A stretch of DNA of 64,000 bases from Candidatus Latescibacterota bacterium (GCA_965198115.1 OZ240241.1:6912001-6976000); one strand, 5' to 3'. Counted from the stretch's first letter, positions 50,246 through 62,022 are shown. Notes: generated by a model from the letters alone, not told the origin. Program-made: numbers and translations.

Positions 50246-51633
50246 GGTGAGGTCCCTATCCTAGTTGAAACTTAAAGGGCTCCAAACTTACGTTGTGGGT
50301 AGACGTGTGAGAGCGTGTACCCGTAAGAAAGGAGCCCACGATGGAGAAGCTATTTGCAGGGGATGGCGAAGTCAAGGTTGGGTCAGACGTTATGGATTTG
50401 GAGACGCGTTTATCGGTGATCCGGGCGCTGATTCCGCTGGGTCTGGAGGCCGTTGCCGACGTGCTCCAGCAGGAGGTGGAGCAGCTCGCAGGCGTTCGGT
50501 ATGCGCGTAAGGGTTCAGAGCAGTCGCATCGTCGATGGGGAAGCCAGAAAGGGTCCGTGTATCTGATGGACCAGAAGCTGCCGGTGGCCGTTCCCCGTGT
50601 GCGCGACGTCGAGTCCGATACGGAGGTTTCTCTGGCCGCATACCGGGGGATGCAGAGGCCCAGAGCGATGGATGAGAAGCTGCTGCTTCGTGTGCTCAAG
50701 GGAATCTCCTGTCGCAACTACAGAGCCTGTGCAGAGTCGGTACCCGAAGCGTTCGGAATCTCGGCATCCTCCGTCTCGCGACGGTTCATCAAAGCCACCG
50801 CAAAGAAGCTGAAGCAGTTCCAGGAACGACCGCTCGACGACTACGACTTGGTCGCCCTGTTCATCGACGGAAAGAGCTTTGCCGACGAAGAGATCGTGAT
50901 CGCTCCGGGCGTCACGACGGACGGCCAGAAGATCCCCCTGGGCTTCGTCGAATCGGCGACGGAGAACGAACGGATCTGCCGTCAGCTGATCCAGGATCTC
51001 ATCCGGAGAGGCCTGTGCTACGACCAGGGCCTTCTCGTTGTGCTGGACGGCTCAAAGGGACTCCGCAGTGCCGTCACCAAAGCCCTCAAAGGGGATGTGT
51101 GCGTGCATCGCTGTCAGTGGCACAAGCGCGAGAACGTCGTCAGCTACCTCCCGGAGGCAGAACGTCCAAGAGTTCGACGGAAACTTCAGAAAGCCTATGA
51201 CTGCGACACCTACGAGGAGGCAAAGGCCGCACTCGAATCACTCAAACCCGAACTCAAGCTGATGAATCAGTCTGCCGTGGCAAGCCTCGAGGAAGGACTG
51301 GAGGAAACCCTGACCCTCCACCGGCTGGGGATGCTCCCGTTCTTGAAGCGAAGCTTCCGAACCACCAATTGCATCGAGGCGCTCAACAGCATGACCGGCA
51401 ACCTGATACGGAAGGTCAACCGCTGGAACAACTCTCCTCAGCGACACAGATGGGTCGCGGCCGCACTCCTCGACATCGAACCACGCCTGCGACGCGTGAG
51501 CGGATACAAACACCTCCCGCTGCTCAGGCAAGCACTGAAAAACAACCTGAATCTCGGCGACAATCAAGATGCTCGGCAGAGAGCATGAATACCACGGAGC
51601 CCGATGAGTTTCAACTGACTATGGGACTTGACC
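50246..51633 (+). mobile_element. IS256-family insertion sequence, 1388 bp
   Basis: Imperfect 27-bp IRs ggtgaggtccctatcctagttgaaact and agtttcaactgactatgggacttgacc. 8-bp target duplication accgacac at 50238-50245 and 51634-51641. Confidence 0.93.
50341..51588 (+). CDS. IS256-family transposase (intact ORF)
   Basis: VPRVRD, GISCR, LFIDGK, VLDGSKG, RCQWHKREN, TTNCIEALN (DDE pattern). Confidence 0.93.
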   Translation: MEKLFAGDGEVKVGSDVMDLETRLSVIRALIPLGLEAVADVLQQEVEQLAGVRYARKGSEQSHRRWGSQKGSVYLMDQKLPVAVPRVRDVESDTEVSLAAYRGMQRPRAMDEKLLLRVLKGISCRNYRACAESVPEAFGISASSVSRRFIKATAKKLKQFQERPLDDYDLVALFIDGKSFADEEIVIAPGVTTDGQKIPLGFVESATENERICRQLIQDLIRRGLCYDQGLLVVLDGSKGLRSAVTKALKGDVCVHRCQWHKRENVVSYLPEAERPRVRRKLQKAYDCDTYEEAKAALESLKPELKLMNQSAVASLEEGLEETLTLHRLGMLPFLKRSFRTTNCIEALNSMTGNLIRKVNRWNNSPQRHRWVAAALLDIEPRLRRVSGYKHLPLLRQALKNNLNLGDNQDARQRA

Positions 51634-52614
51634 ACCGACACGGGCGACCTCGGCTAACATGTCGTAGTAGTCGGTGGGGTTATCGGGACCGACACGTGTG
51701 TGGAAGCTGAGAATGATGTTGTCGCCGTTCGTGAGGTTGTTCGCCTCTTTTCGATCGGTCGACATGTTCGGTGGTTTGCGGATGTAGAACTGCCTCGACT
51801 CTTCTTTGGATGTTTCGAGACCAAGTACATCTGAGTTCCCCATCTCGAGCAGTCCCACTTTGTTCGTACGCTCGTCCATGTGCGGCTTTCCAACACCGCA
51901 CACACGCGATTCACGTGGATTCAATCGAATCGCGTTCTTCATGAATTTCACGATGTCTTCTGCTTCGGGATCTTCGAGATCGACTTCGTCGTCGTGGGGA
52001 ATGACGTGAAGATCGGCCAGCTTGGGCGGCAAACTCCCCGTGTCGGGGTAGGTCGTGTCCGTTTTAGTGATGAAGAGGTCGAACATGATCTGCGAGTAGA
52101 CACGGCGGGCGCCCGCTCCGGCCTTGTGGGCATACCGGAGGAACTGTCGCTTTTCCTGTTTCCGAATGTTCCCGACCGGCCGAAGCATGTAGGCCATCGG
52201 AATGCGCGGAGCCAGGTCGTCCAGCAGATTGTCGGGGAAGTGGATTCTGCCCATTACCTTGCAGTCGACCGTGTGCGGAACACGCTGGTGCAGGAACCAC
52301 AAGTGGAGAATTTCGCCCTTGCCCGAGAACATCGATTCGTCTTCGGCCTTTAGGCCGTCGGGTGTGGAGATGTAGAAGGCCTTATTCTGGACGAGCAGAT
52401 CGTCGCCGTGTTTAAACACGAACGCTCGATCCAGATTTTCATCCGCGTCTTCCCCATCGCTCGTCTTCAGAAGACTGCAGTTGACAGAATCCGGCGCCAT
52501 TTCCTGCAAGGTCTGCAGGATCTTTTCGAGCTCATCCTGTCTTCGCCCACCACCACTCTTTTTGAACGGGTTGAACATCCTTCGCTCTTCATCTCCAGTC
52601 GGGAACTGCCACCT

Positions 52615-53731
52615 TAGTGCATGGTTTCATAAATATTATTACGTATGTCCTGAACATTATTTGTAGCTTATGTTCTCCTTCAAAAGGAGGAGAACAATGC
52701 CAAGACGTTCGCCTTATGTGGTGCTACTGTCTGAGAAGGAACGGGTCGACCTCGAGCGAATGGCTGGACAATATACGTTACCGTATTATCAAGTGATCCG
52801 ATCGAAAATCGTGCTTCTCGCCGCCGAGGGATTATCCAACAAGATTATCGCCCAACGGTTGGATGTCCCGCGTCCGATCGTAAGCAAATGGCGTAAGCGC
52901 TTTTTCGAAGAGCGTCTTTCGGGACTCGAAGATAGATCTCGTCCCGGGCGCCCGCCCGGTTTTCCCCCCTCAGGTGGTCGTTCAGATCAAGGCGCTGGCG
53001 TGTGAACTACCGAGCGAGAGCGGGATACCGCTCTCGCGGTTCAGCTGTTCCGAGATTGCCGCCGAGGCAGTGCAAAGGGGCTTCGTTGCCAAGATCAGCG
53101 GCGCCACTGTCTGGCGCTGGTTGAACGAGGACGCGATTCGTCCTTGGTATCATCGCTCCTGGATTTTCCCACGGGACCCGGACTTCCAAACCAAAGCAGG
53201 TAGAGTCCTTGATCTGTATCACCGCCAATGGCAAGGAAAGCCTTTAGGGCCGAGGGAATATGTACTTTCTGCCGACGAAAAGACCAGTATTCTTCGGGTA
53301 TCGAGCCCTTCAACCGGCTCCTGAGCCTGATCATGAGCCGGAAACCCTATTGCTCGGCAAAGAAAGTCTACCTCATCGTGGATAATGGCTCCTCGCACCG
53401 AGGGCAAACATGCATCGACCGTATCCAGGGGAAGTGGCCAAACATCCACCCCGTTCACCTTCCGATCCACGCAAGCTGGCTCAATCAGATCGAGATCTAC
53501 TTCTCGATCCTCAAACGCAAGGCTCTGACACCTATCGAATTTGCATCGCTCGAAGAGCTTGAGGCAAGAATCCTCGGTTTTCAGGAACGCTACGGACGTA
53601 TCGCCACACCCTTCAAATGGAAGTTCACACGAACAGATCTCGCGGAGATGATCGACAAACTCAGGTTCTACGATACGCCCTTGGCAAAGTCTGCTTATAA
53701 TACGTCACCGTATTTGAGAACAGGAGTACTA
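52615..53731 (+). mobile_element. IS630-family element (internally deleted), flanked by TA
   Basis: Ends TA-gtgcatggtttcataaata and tatttgagaacaggagtac-TA, enclosing IS630 transposase fragments. Confidence 0.85.
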
Positions 53732-53746
53732 AGCCCAATGAATTAA
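52697..53746 (+). pseudogene. IS630 transposase in three pieces
   Basis: HTH part ends WRKRF...GLEDRSRPGRP; slippery ttttccccc near 52959; SADEKTSI; frame break near 53292; then IVDNGSSH and ASWLNQIEIYFS. Confidence 0.8.
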
Positions 53747-53770
53747 ACGGGTTTAGGGCGTATTCGGGGA

Positions 53771-53799
53771 ATGGTACTATAATGACAGACCTTTGTCAA
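53771..53799 (-). promoter_or_regulatory. sigma70 promoter pointing toward PilZ-like paralogue 2, now separated from it by IS630
   Basis: Minus strand TTGACA-17 nt-TACCAT, overlapped by the inverted repeat TGACA-N6-TGTCA. Confidence 0.6.
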
Positions 53800-53998
53800 T
53801 CGTATTTCCCCGGCAGGAATGGGCCCGGTTGACAGCCCATCTGGACCGTCGTAAGTTCGTGAATACACCACAACAACCCGCGCAAAGCTATTCCATTCCG
53901 TCTTGGTCTGATGTGTTCTGGAACACACGGAGCGAATCAGTCGGGGCCGATCCAAAAATCTTACATCACATTGTTTTTAATAATGTTAGGCTGAAAAA

Positions 53999-54496
53999 TT
54001 GCCCGGAAAAGACCATCTGATCGGCATCATGGCCGATTCTCACGACAACAAAAACGCCGTTCTGGCGGCGGTCCGCCTTTTTAACGATCGGCAGATCGGG
54101 CTACTTCTTCACGCAGGAGATTACATCGCGCCCTTCAATGCCGGGTGGATGTCGGACCTCCAAGCCCCGATGATCGGCGTCTTCGGGAACAACGACGGCG
54201 AACGATTCGGACTGCGTGCGATGTTCAAGGCGAAGGGCGCCATCCATCGAGCTCCGTATCGTTTCGACCACGGGGGAAAGCGGTTTTTGATGCTGCACGA
54301 GCCCGACGAGGTCGACGCCCTGGCACAAAGCGGTGTCTACGATGTGATCGTTTACGGCCACACGCACACGATCGATGTTCGCGAAGGTGCGACGCTCGTG
54401 ATCAACCCGGGCGAAACCGGCGGCTGGACAACCGGCCGGTCTACCGCCGCACTTCTGGATCTGGATACCGCGTCGGTCGAGATCGTGGATTTGTGA
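53999..54496 (+). CDS. YfcE/MJ0936-family metallophosphoesterase
   Basis: DSHDN, HAGD, FGNND, YGHTH, NPGE. Confidence 0.92.
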   Translation: MPGKDHLIGIMADSHDNKNAVLAAVRLFNDRQIGLLLHAGDYIAPFNAGWMSDLQAPMIGVFGNNDGERFGLRAMFKAKGAIHRAPYRFDHGGKRFLMLHEPDEVDALAQSGVYDVIVYGHTHTIDVREGATLVINPGETGGWTTGRSTAALLDLDTASVEIVDL

Positions 54497-54927
54497 TTTT
54501 TCGCTGGCTCCGACGCATTCGCCGAATCCGCGGGCACCGGCGCTCCTCACGTCGCCCCTACCGACCCCGCCGACTTTCACGCCGTTCCGCACACGACGCC
54601 TACTGCCGAGCATTATGGCCCGATCGGCGCTCGAGCCTCGCTCACGAGATCATTCGGATTCCGGCTTATGCTCGCACGGGGCAGCGGGCACCCCATCGGT
54701 TCGAGTGGCGGGGCCATTGGTATCGCGTCGTGGATGTGGGAGCCGTGTGGCGGGACGAGCGAAAAGACCATCCTCGTCGGACCTACTTTGCGATCGTGAC
54801 GGAACGGGGAGAACTCGTTCAGCTGTGTTTCGAATTACAAGGTAAAGAGGGATGCTGGAAGATCTACCGAAGAGTGTCGACACGGCTCACTTCAGGGTGG
54901 AGCGTGGAGACTCGCTCGAGCGGTTGA
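54493..54927 (+). CDS. Hypothetical protein, DUF6504-like
   Basis: GTG overlaps the upstream stop; PHRFEWRGHWYRV, RTYFAIVT, WKIYR pattern; Arg-rich N-terminus. Confidence 0.55.
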   Translation: MIFRWLRRIRRIRGHRRSSRRPYRPRRLSRRSAHDAYCRALWPDRRSSLAHEIIRIPAYARTGQRAPHRFEWRGHWYRVVDVGAVWRDERKDHPRRTYFAIVTERGELVQLCFELQGKEGCWKIYRRVSTRLTSGWSVETRSSG

Positions 54928-56732
54928 AAGAGACGCTCGATCTGCTGCCGCGTGCGCCTGGCGTTTACCTGATGAGGGATGCGTCTGGCAAGATCATTTA
55001 CATCGGTAAAGCCAAATCGCTTCGCAGTCGTGTCAGGTCCTACTTCACTCCGCGAGCCTTCGACGGGCGGGGGCAATTCATTGCCCTGGTTTCGAACGTG
55101 CGTGAGGTGGAGTACATCGTTACGGACACCGACCGCGAAGCGCTGATGCTCGAGGCCAATCTTGTCAAAGAGCACAAACCGCGCTACAACATCACCCTCA
55201 AAGACGACAAGAAGTATCCCTTCATAAAGATCACGGACGAACCCTTTCCACGAATCATCGTCACCCGCGATGTTGAGAAGGATGGGGGACGGTATCTCGG
55301 TCCCTACACCGACGTCAAAGCGATGCGTCGGATGCTCAAGGTCATGCACAAGCTCTTTCGCGTTCGGAGCTGCGACTATGATCTGCCGAGCAAGCACGTC
55401 CGCCTTTGTATCGACTACGAGATCGGTCGGTGTGACGGGCCGTGTGAGGCGCTGATTTCGACATCGGACTACCAGAAGCTGATCGATGATGCGGCACTGT
55501 TCTTGGCGGGCCGGCGGTCCGAGGTGGCTGCGATTCTACGGCGTCAAATGGACCGTGCGTCGTCCGAGCTCCGGTTCGAGGAGGCGGCGATCTATCGCGA
55601 CCGGCTCGATGCGCTGGAACGTGTGACGAATCGTCAAAAAGTGGTTTCGCAGAATTCGGACGACTGGGATCTGATCGCGGTGGCGCGCGAAGACGATGAA
55701 GCCTGCGGTGTCGTGATGGAGGTCAGGGAAGGGCGGCTGATCGGCCGACAACACTACTTTCTGGGTGGCGTGCTGGAGGCGCCCGCAGAGGAGGTTGTCT
55801 CCTCGTTCGTGCGTCTGTTCTACCTCACCGCATCTTTCGTTCCCAGGGAGATCCACTTGCCGTGCGAACCCGAAGACGCCGGCACGATTTCGGAGTGGCT
55901 CGCCGAGCGAGCGGATGGGGCAGTGATCCTGCACGTTCCTCAAAGAGGCACCAAGGCCCAGCTGCTCAAGATGGCGGAAAACAACGCGGGGATTCTGCTT
56001 GCGGAGCGACGGCTGAAGCGTGAAAACCGAAAGACCCAGGTCCCCGCGTCAGTCAGTGCCCTGCAGCGAGATCTGCACCTCGACGACCCTCCGCGTCGGA
56101 TCGAGGCGATGGATATTTCGAACATCCAGGGAAGAGACCCTGTCGCTTCGGTGGTCACGTTCATCGATGGTCGACCGTCGAAGCGAAATTACCGCCACTA
56201 CAAGATCACGGGCATCGATGGTCCAGACGATTTTGCCATGATGCGACAGGTCGTCACTCGACGGTTTCAGAAGCTCAAGGAGGAAAAGGAGGCCTTCCCC
56301 GACCTGTTGCTGATCGATGGGGGGAAAGGTCAGCTCTCGAGCGCGATTCACGCGCTGAGGAGTCTGGATATCGAGGACCAGCCGGTGATCGGGTTGGCCA
56401 AGCGGTTGGAGGAGGTCTTTCTACCAGAGCATTCGGATCCGCAGAACATTCCGAAGACCTCGGCGTCGCTTCGTCTGCTGCAACAGCTGCGCGACGAGTC
56501 ACATCGTTTCGCGGTGTCCTTCCATCGGAAGGTACGGTCCAAGCGGACTCTGCATTCGGAGCTGGAAAACATCGGCGGCGTCGGGCCCGCGAGGCGGAAG
56601 CTGCTGTTGAGGCATTTCGGGTCGATGAAGCGGCTGCGTGATGCCACCGCTGAAGATATCGCGGATGTGGAAGGAGTTGGCCCCAAGCTGGCGGCCGCCA
56701 TCGCGTCGGCACTCCGAGATCCCAATGGCTGA
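54852..56732 (+). CDS. uvrC: Excinuclease ABC subunit C
   Basis: PGVYLM, YIGKAKSLRSRVRSYF, DISN, IDGGKGQL, RDESHRFA, HhH motifs. The start may lie slightly downstream. Confidence 0.96.
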   Translation: MLEDLPKSVDTAHFRVERGDSLERLKETLDLLPRAPGVYLMRDASGKIIYIGKAKSLRSRVRSYFTPRAFDGRGQFIALVSNVREVEYIVTDTDREALMLEANLVKEHKPRYNITLKDDKKYPFIKITDEPFPRIIVTRDVEKDGGRYLGPYTDVKAMRRMLKVMHKLFRVRSCDYDLPSKHVRLCIDYEIGRCDGPCEALISTSDYQKLIDDAALFLAGRRSEVAAILRRQMDRASSELRFEEAAIYRDRLDALERVTNRQKVVSQNSDDWDLIAVAREDDEACGVVMEVREGRLIGRQHYFLGGVLEAPAEEVVSSFVRLFYLTASFVPREIHLPCEPEDAGTISEWLAERADGAVILHVPQRGTKAQLLKMAENNAGILLAERRLKRENRKTQVPASVSALQRDLHLDDPPRRIEAMDISNIQGRDPVASVVTFIDGRPSKRNYRHYKITGIDGPDDFAMMRQVVTRRFQKLKEEKEAFPDLLLIDGGKGQLSSAIHALRSLDIEDQPVIGLAKRLEEVFLPEHSDPQNIPKTSASLRLLQQLRDESHRFAVSFHRKVRSKRTLHSELENIGGVGPARRKLLLRHFGSMKRLRDATAEDIADVEGVGPKLAAAIASALRDPNG

Positions 56733-57222
56733 GGAACAGACCACGACGTTGAAGACCGATCTTGGTAACGTCTACGTGGATTGGATCGACGAGACTCTCA
56801 AGGAAATCCGACTGGGGGATTCGACACGGCGAGGCGAGCGCGAGGTGTCATCCACAGGTGTTTCGGTCTCGGTCGATCGGGATGAAGTCGTGGACCTGCT
56901 CGAGAGATACTTCGAGGGAGAGTGTGTGCTGTTTCCAACTCTGGATCTCGAGGGATTCACGACTTTTCAGCGGGCGGTCTGGGAAGCGGCTCAGGACGTG
57001 CCGTTCGGCAGGACGGCGAGCTACGGCCACATCGCTTCGAACATAGGACGCCCGGAGTCCGCTCGTGCGGTAGGAGCCGCCCTCGGCCAGAATCCTTTTC
57101 CACCCCTGATCCCGTGTCATCGCATTGTATCCTCCACTGGTCGCCTGACGGGCTTCGCGTTCGGACTCGCGTGGAAGCGCGCCCTCCTGGACCTCGAGCA
57201 CCCACAACAGACGCTGTTTTGA
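56725..57222 (+). CDS. ogt: Methylated-DNA--protein-cysteine methyltransferase
   Basis: TFQRAVW, SYG, RAVGAA, and the active-site IPCHRIV. Confidence 0.9.
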   Translation: MAEEQTTTLKTDLGNVYVDWIDETLKEIRLGDSTRRGEREVSSTGVSVSVDRDEVVDLLERYFEGECVLFPTLDLEGFTTFQRAVWEAAQDVPFGRTASYGHIASNIGRPESARAVGAALGQNPFPPLIPCHRIVSSTGRLTGFAFGLAWKRALLDLEHPQQTLF

Positions 57223-58151
57223 ATACCTCGTCTTCGGCAGTTTTTCCGCCGCTGGCCGACGCTTTAGAGGAACCGCTCAGCTTCTTCCTCGACCACATTC
57301 GACTGGAGCGGGGTCTTTCAGACCATACGGTCGAGGCCTACGGGCGGGACCTGACGCGCTACTTGCGTGCCGTGTCAGAGGAAGGCACGTGTGACGTGGC
57401 AGACATTCGACCGGATAACATCTCCGAGCACTTGCGTAGACTGACCGATCTCGGGCTGGCCCCTTCGAGTGTCGGAAGATGTCTGACGGCAATTCGGATG
57501 TTCCACCGGTTTCTGACGGCGGAGGGGAGGGTGGCGGAGCTTCCGACAGAGCACCTTTCGCCTCCCAAGGTTGGTCGAAAACTTCCGACGGTTTTGACGA
57601 TCGGTGAAATGGATCGTCTGCTTACTTCGCCCGACCCGAGCACCGCACTCGGATCACGCGACCGCGCTCTGCTGGAAACGATGTATGGAGCGGGTCTGCG
57701 TGTGTCCGAAGTCACCAGTCTGGTGCCCGAGCAGATTCTGTTCGATTTCGAAGTGATTCGAGTCGTTGGAAAAGGGAGGAAGGAGCGGGTGGTGCCCGTC
57801 GGGGAGCGGGCGCGAGCTTGCCTAACATCCTATGTAAGCGGCGCACGGGAGTCTCTTGCCCGATCGTCTTCCCCCCACTCAGTGTTCCTGAACTTCCGAG
57901 GGGGTCAACTTTCCAGAATGGGTGTTTATAAGATTCTCGGGGGGCACGTTCAACGGGTCGGAATCGACAAGACCGTCAGTCCTCACACGCTGAGGCACTC
58001 GTTCGCGACGCACCTGCTGGAGGGAGGCGCCGATCTGCGGGCCGTTCAGGAGATGCTCGGACACTCTGACATTTCCACGACTCAGATCTACACGCATATC
58101 GATCGGGAATACTTGAAGGAAGTTCATCGGTCCTTTCACCCCCGGGCGTAG
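57219..58151 (+). CDS. xerD: Site-specific tyrosine recombinase XerD
   Basis: ERGLSDHTVEAY, RDRALLE, GLRVSE, GKGRKER, SPHTLRHSFATHLL, QEMLGH, TTQIYTH, FHPRA. Confidence 0.93.
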   Translation: MNTSSSAVFPPLADALEEPLSFFLDHIRLERGLSDHTVEAYGRDLTRYLRAVSEEGTCDVADIRPDNISEHLRRLTDLGLAPSSVGRCLTAIRMFHRFLTAEGRVAELPTEHLSPPKVGRKLPTVLTIGEMDRLLTSPDPSTALGSRDRALLETMYGAGLRVSEVTSLVPEQILFDFEVIRVVGKGRKERVVPVGERARACLTSYVSGARESLARSSSPHSVFLNFRGGQLSRMGVYKILGGHVQRVGIDKTVSPHTLRHSFATHLLEGGADLRAVQEMLGHSDISTTQIYTHIDREYLKEVHRSFHPRA

Positions 58152-58164
58152 ATCAGACAAAAAC

Positions 58165-58207
58165 GAAAGAGGGCCTTCGACTGATGTCGAAGGCTCTTTC
58201 TTTTTTT
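58165..58207. terminator. Bidirectional terminator between xerD and degP
   Basis: gaaagagggccttcgac-tgat-gtcgaaggctctttc with a T run on one side and an A-rich stretch on the other. Confidence 0.8.
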
Positions 58208-58221
58208 GGGTAAACGAGCGG

Positions 58222-59679
<1,458 letters not shown>

Positions 59680-59786
59680 GGGGAGATGACTCCTTGGTAC
59701 AGTTTATGACGACGATGAGAGTGTGTTTTCGGGATTATACTCGGCGCTGTCGGGAAGGTTCCACAAAAGGTGCGGCTGGAAGATGC

Positions 59787-61298
59787 TTACAAACCGTATT
59801 GTCGAATCTTGCGGTAAAGCGTGCGTTCGGCCATGTGTAGCAGCCGAGCCGCCTGCTTCCGGTGACCGTCGGTGACTTTCAACGCACGCACGATCGCGTC
59901 ACGCTCGACTTCACGCATGGGTTTTACCTCTCCGTCTATTTGTGCTCCCGTGTTCGTTTCCGAAAATTCGACCTCTGTCCCGCGGTCGATGATATCCGAT
60001 TCAGGTTCGTAAATGGGAAGTGGTCGGACTTCGGCCGTTTCGGGCGCGAGGAGTTTGGCCTTGAGCTCCTTGATGTCTTTGGCCACTTCCAGGATCGCCC
60101 AATAGAGCAGATCTCTGGAGGATTCTTCGGGTGTTTTCCCAAGGTGCACGGGAAGGGTTTGACTCGGTTCGGTCTGCTGGTAGCCGTCGTCGTGGAGGTA
60201 GGAGGCGACCTGAGACGCTCCGATCTTTCGATCGACGGAAAGGACCATCAGCCGTTCCACCAGGTTTCTCAATTCTCGAATGTTTCCCGGCCACGGATAT
60301 CGTCGGAGTGCATCCATTCCATCGGGTTGGATTTCTACGGGCGGCACACCGTGCTCCTGGCTGATGGCCTCGGTGAACCGTGCCACGAGCAGTTGAATGT
60401 CCTCCGGACGCGATCGTAGTGGAGGCATCCGAACCTCGACCACTTTGAGCCGGTAGTAGAGGTCTCGACGGAAGCGGCCCTCGGCGACGGCCCTTCCGAG
60501 ATCCTGGTTCGTTGCGGCGATGACGCGCACATCCACACGAATCGACGTGCTGTTGCCAAGACGCGAGAACTCCTTGCGTTCCAGAACGTGAAGGAGACGG
60601 ACCTGCGCCGACAAGGACATCTCGCCGATCTCGTCGAGGAATACGGTCCCCCCGTCGGCTGACTCGAATAGACCCTCGCGACGTGTTCTGGCGTCCGTGA
60701 ACGCTCCCTTCTCGTGACCAAAAAGCTCGCTCTCGAGCAAAGTCTCCGGGATGGATCCACAGTTGAGAGTCAGAAAAGGCCCCGATGCATGTGGGCTCCG
60801 CTCGTGGATAACTTCGGCGATGAGAGTCTTGCCGGTACCGCTCTCTCCCGTGATCAGGACGTTGACTGGAGTGGGAGCGATCTGGTCGATGACCTGACGA
60901 ACCTGCTGGATGTCTGCCGACCGTCCGAGTATCCGGGGCACGTCTTCCTGATGCTGGCCGTTAACGAGGCTCGCGAGGGCGTGCTTCAGTTGAGATCTCT
61001 CGACGGGGCTGCTCAGATAGGCATCGGGAGACAGATCGGGGGTGTGCGGTGGCGAGGACGATGACAGGACGGCGAACACGAACGGGGGTTGATCCAAGCC
61101 GGCGATCTCCGGACCGATTTCGCGAGCTGCATCCGCCAGGCTGGCCTCGTCGAGGACGACCAGGTCGAGTCCCCGACTGAGCAGCTTTCGGGCGGGGCCG
61201 ACCGTGTTCGATCCGATCGTCTGCCAGCCTTCATCTTCGAGGAGCTTTCGGAGCTCCGCCGAGAGCGTGGCGTCTTGTGTGATGACCAGGGATTCCAT
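59787..61298 (-). CDS. sigma54-dependent activator with a degenerate receiver-like N-terminus
   Basis: [45 protein letters not shown]. Confidence 0.9.
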   Translation of the reverse strand: MESLVITQDATLSAELRKLLEDEGWQTIGSNTVGPARKLLSRGLDLVVLDEASLADAAREIGPEIAGLDQPPFVFAVLSSSSPPHTPDLSPDAYLSSPVERSQLKHALASLVNGQHQEDVPRILGRSADIQQVRQVIDQIAPTPVNVLITGESGTGKTLIAEVIHERSPHASGPFLTLNCGSIPETLLESELFGHEKGAFTDARTRREGLFESADGGTVFLDEIGEMSLSAQVRLLHVLERKEFSRLGNSTSIRVDVRVIAATNQDLGRAVAEGRFRRDLYYRLKVVEVRMPPLRSRPEDIQLLVARFTEAISQEHGVPPVEIQPDGMDALRRYPWPGNIRELRNLVERLMVLSVDRKIGASQVASYLHDDGYQQTEPSQTLPVHLGKTPEESSRDLLYWAILEVAKDIKELKAKLLAPETAEVRPLPIYEPESDIIDRGTEVEFSETNTGAQIDGEVKPMREVERDAIVRALKVTDGHRKQAARLLHMAERTLYRKIRQYGL

Positions 61299-61312
61299 CG
61301 TTACGGGATTCG

Positions 61313-61986
61313 TCAGTCCTGATTTTTGAGGTCTGCGCCGACGATCAGAAGGTCACGACCCCTCGGTTCGATGTAACCCTGGTTCTCGAGCCGTTTGAGG
61401 ATACGGGAAACCGTTTCGCGGGTCGTTCCTGACATGTTCGCGAGATCCTGATGGGTCGGGCGATCTTTGATGAGGACCCCTTCCTGAATGGCCACGCCCT
61501 GTTCGTCGGCGAGTTGCAACAATGTCTGTGTGATCCTGCCTGTGACGTCGGAGAGCGCCAGACCCTCGATTTTTCGATCGGTCACGCGGAGACGGCTGGC
61601 CAGGACGGAAAGCAGTTTGATGGCGGTCTGGGGAGATTTTTGTATAAAGCGCAGGAAATCGGCCCGACGGACCATGTGAGGAGTTCGGTTTCCTGAGTCG
61701 TTGTCACGTTGGCCGACCGGGGGTGACCGTCGAGCAAAGACATTTCGCCAAAGAAATTACCCTCGCCCAGGATCGAGAGTATGACCTCGCGTCCGTCTTC
61801 GCTGACGATACTGACTTTGACCTGGCCATCGTGAATCACGAACAGGCTGTCACCCTCCTCTTCGGCCATGATGACGACACGATCTTTCGGGAAGGTGCGT
61901 AGCAGAGCAACCTGGGACAGCGCATCCAGCTCGCTATCGGACAGTTCCTCGAAGAGCGGAACACGCTTGAGTAGTTCGCTATGCAT
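61313..61986 (-). CDS. Crp/Fnr family regulator (2-nt frameshift near 61675-61678)
   Basis: cNMP domain FFGEMSLLDGHPRSA and HTH THQDLANMSGTTRETVSR. The two ORFs join as ELL|MVRRADF if a duplicated dinucleotide is removed. Confidence 0.87.
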
Positions 61987-62022
61987 CGATCCCTCCTGAT
62001 CCTTGTGACACGGTAAAATCCA

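Larger units (their letters stand above)
49737..52578 (-). pseudogene. Uncharacterised PilZ-like protein, paralogue 2, interrupted by IS256
   Basis: Removing the IS and one target copy restores an in-frame 481-aa ORF across EVARVG|TENMTVRAS. Motifs EKRQFLRY and DFSIGG; C-terminus HFREIHNSLNGLIAFL matches paralogue 1. Confidence 0.88.

Noticed and set aside
53882-53895. sigma54 promoter for PilZ-like paralogue 2 (TGGAATAGCTTTGC, minus strand)
   Set aside because: GG-to-GC spacing is 9 rather than the required 10, and a better sigma70 match lies closer.
57219-58151. Tyrosine recombinase as a mobile-element integrase
   Set aside because: It has XerD-type signatures and sits in a housekeeping operon with no att sites or cargo.
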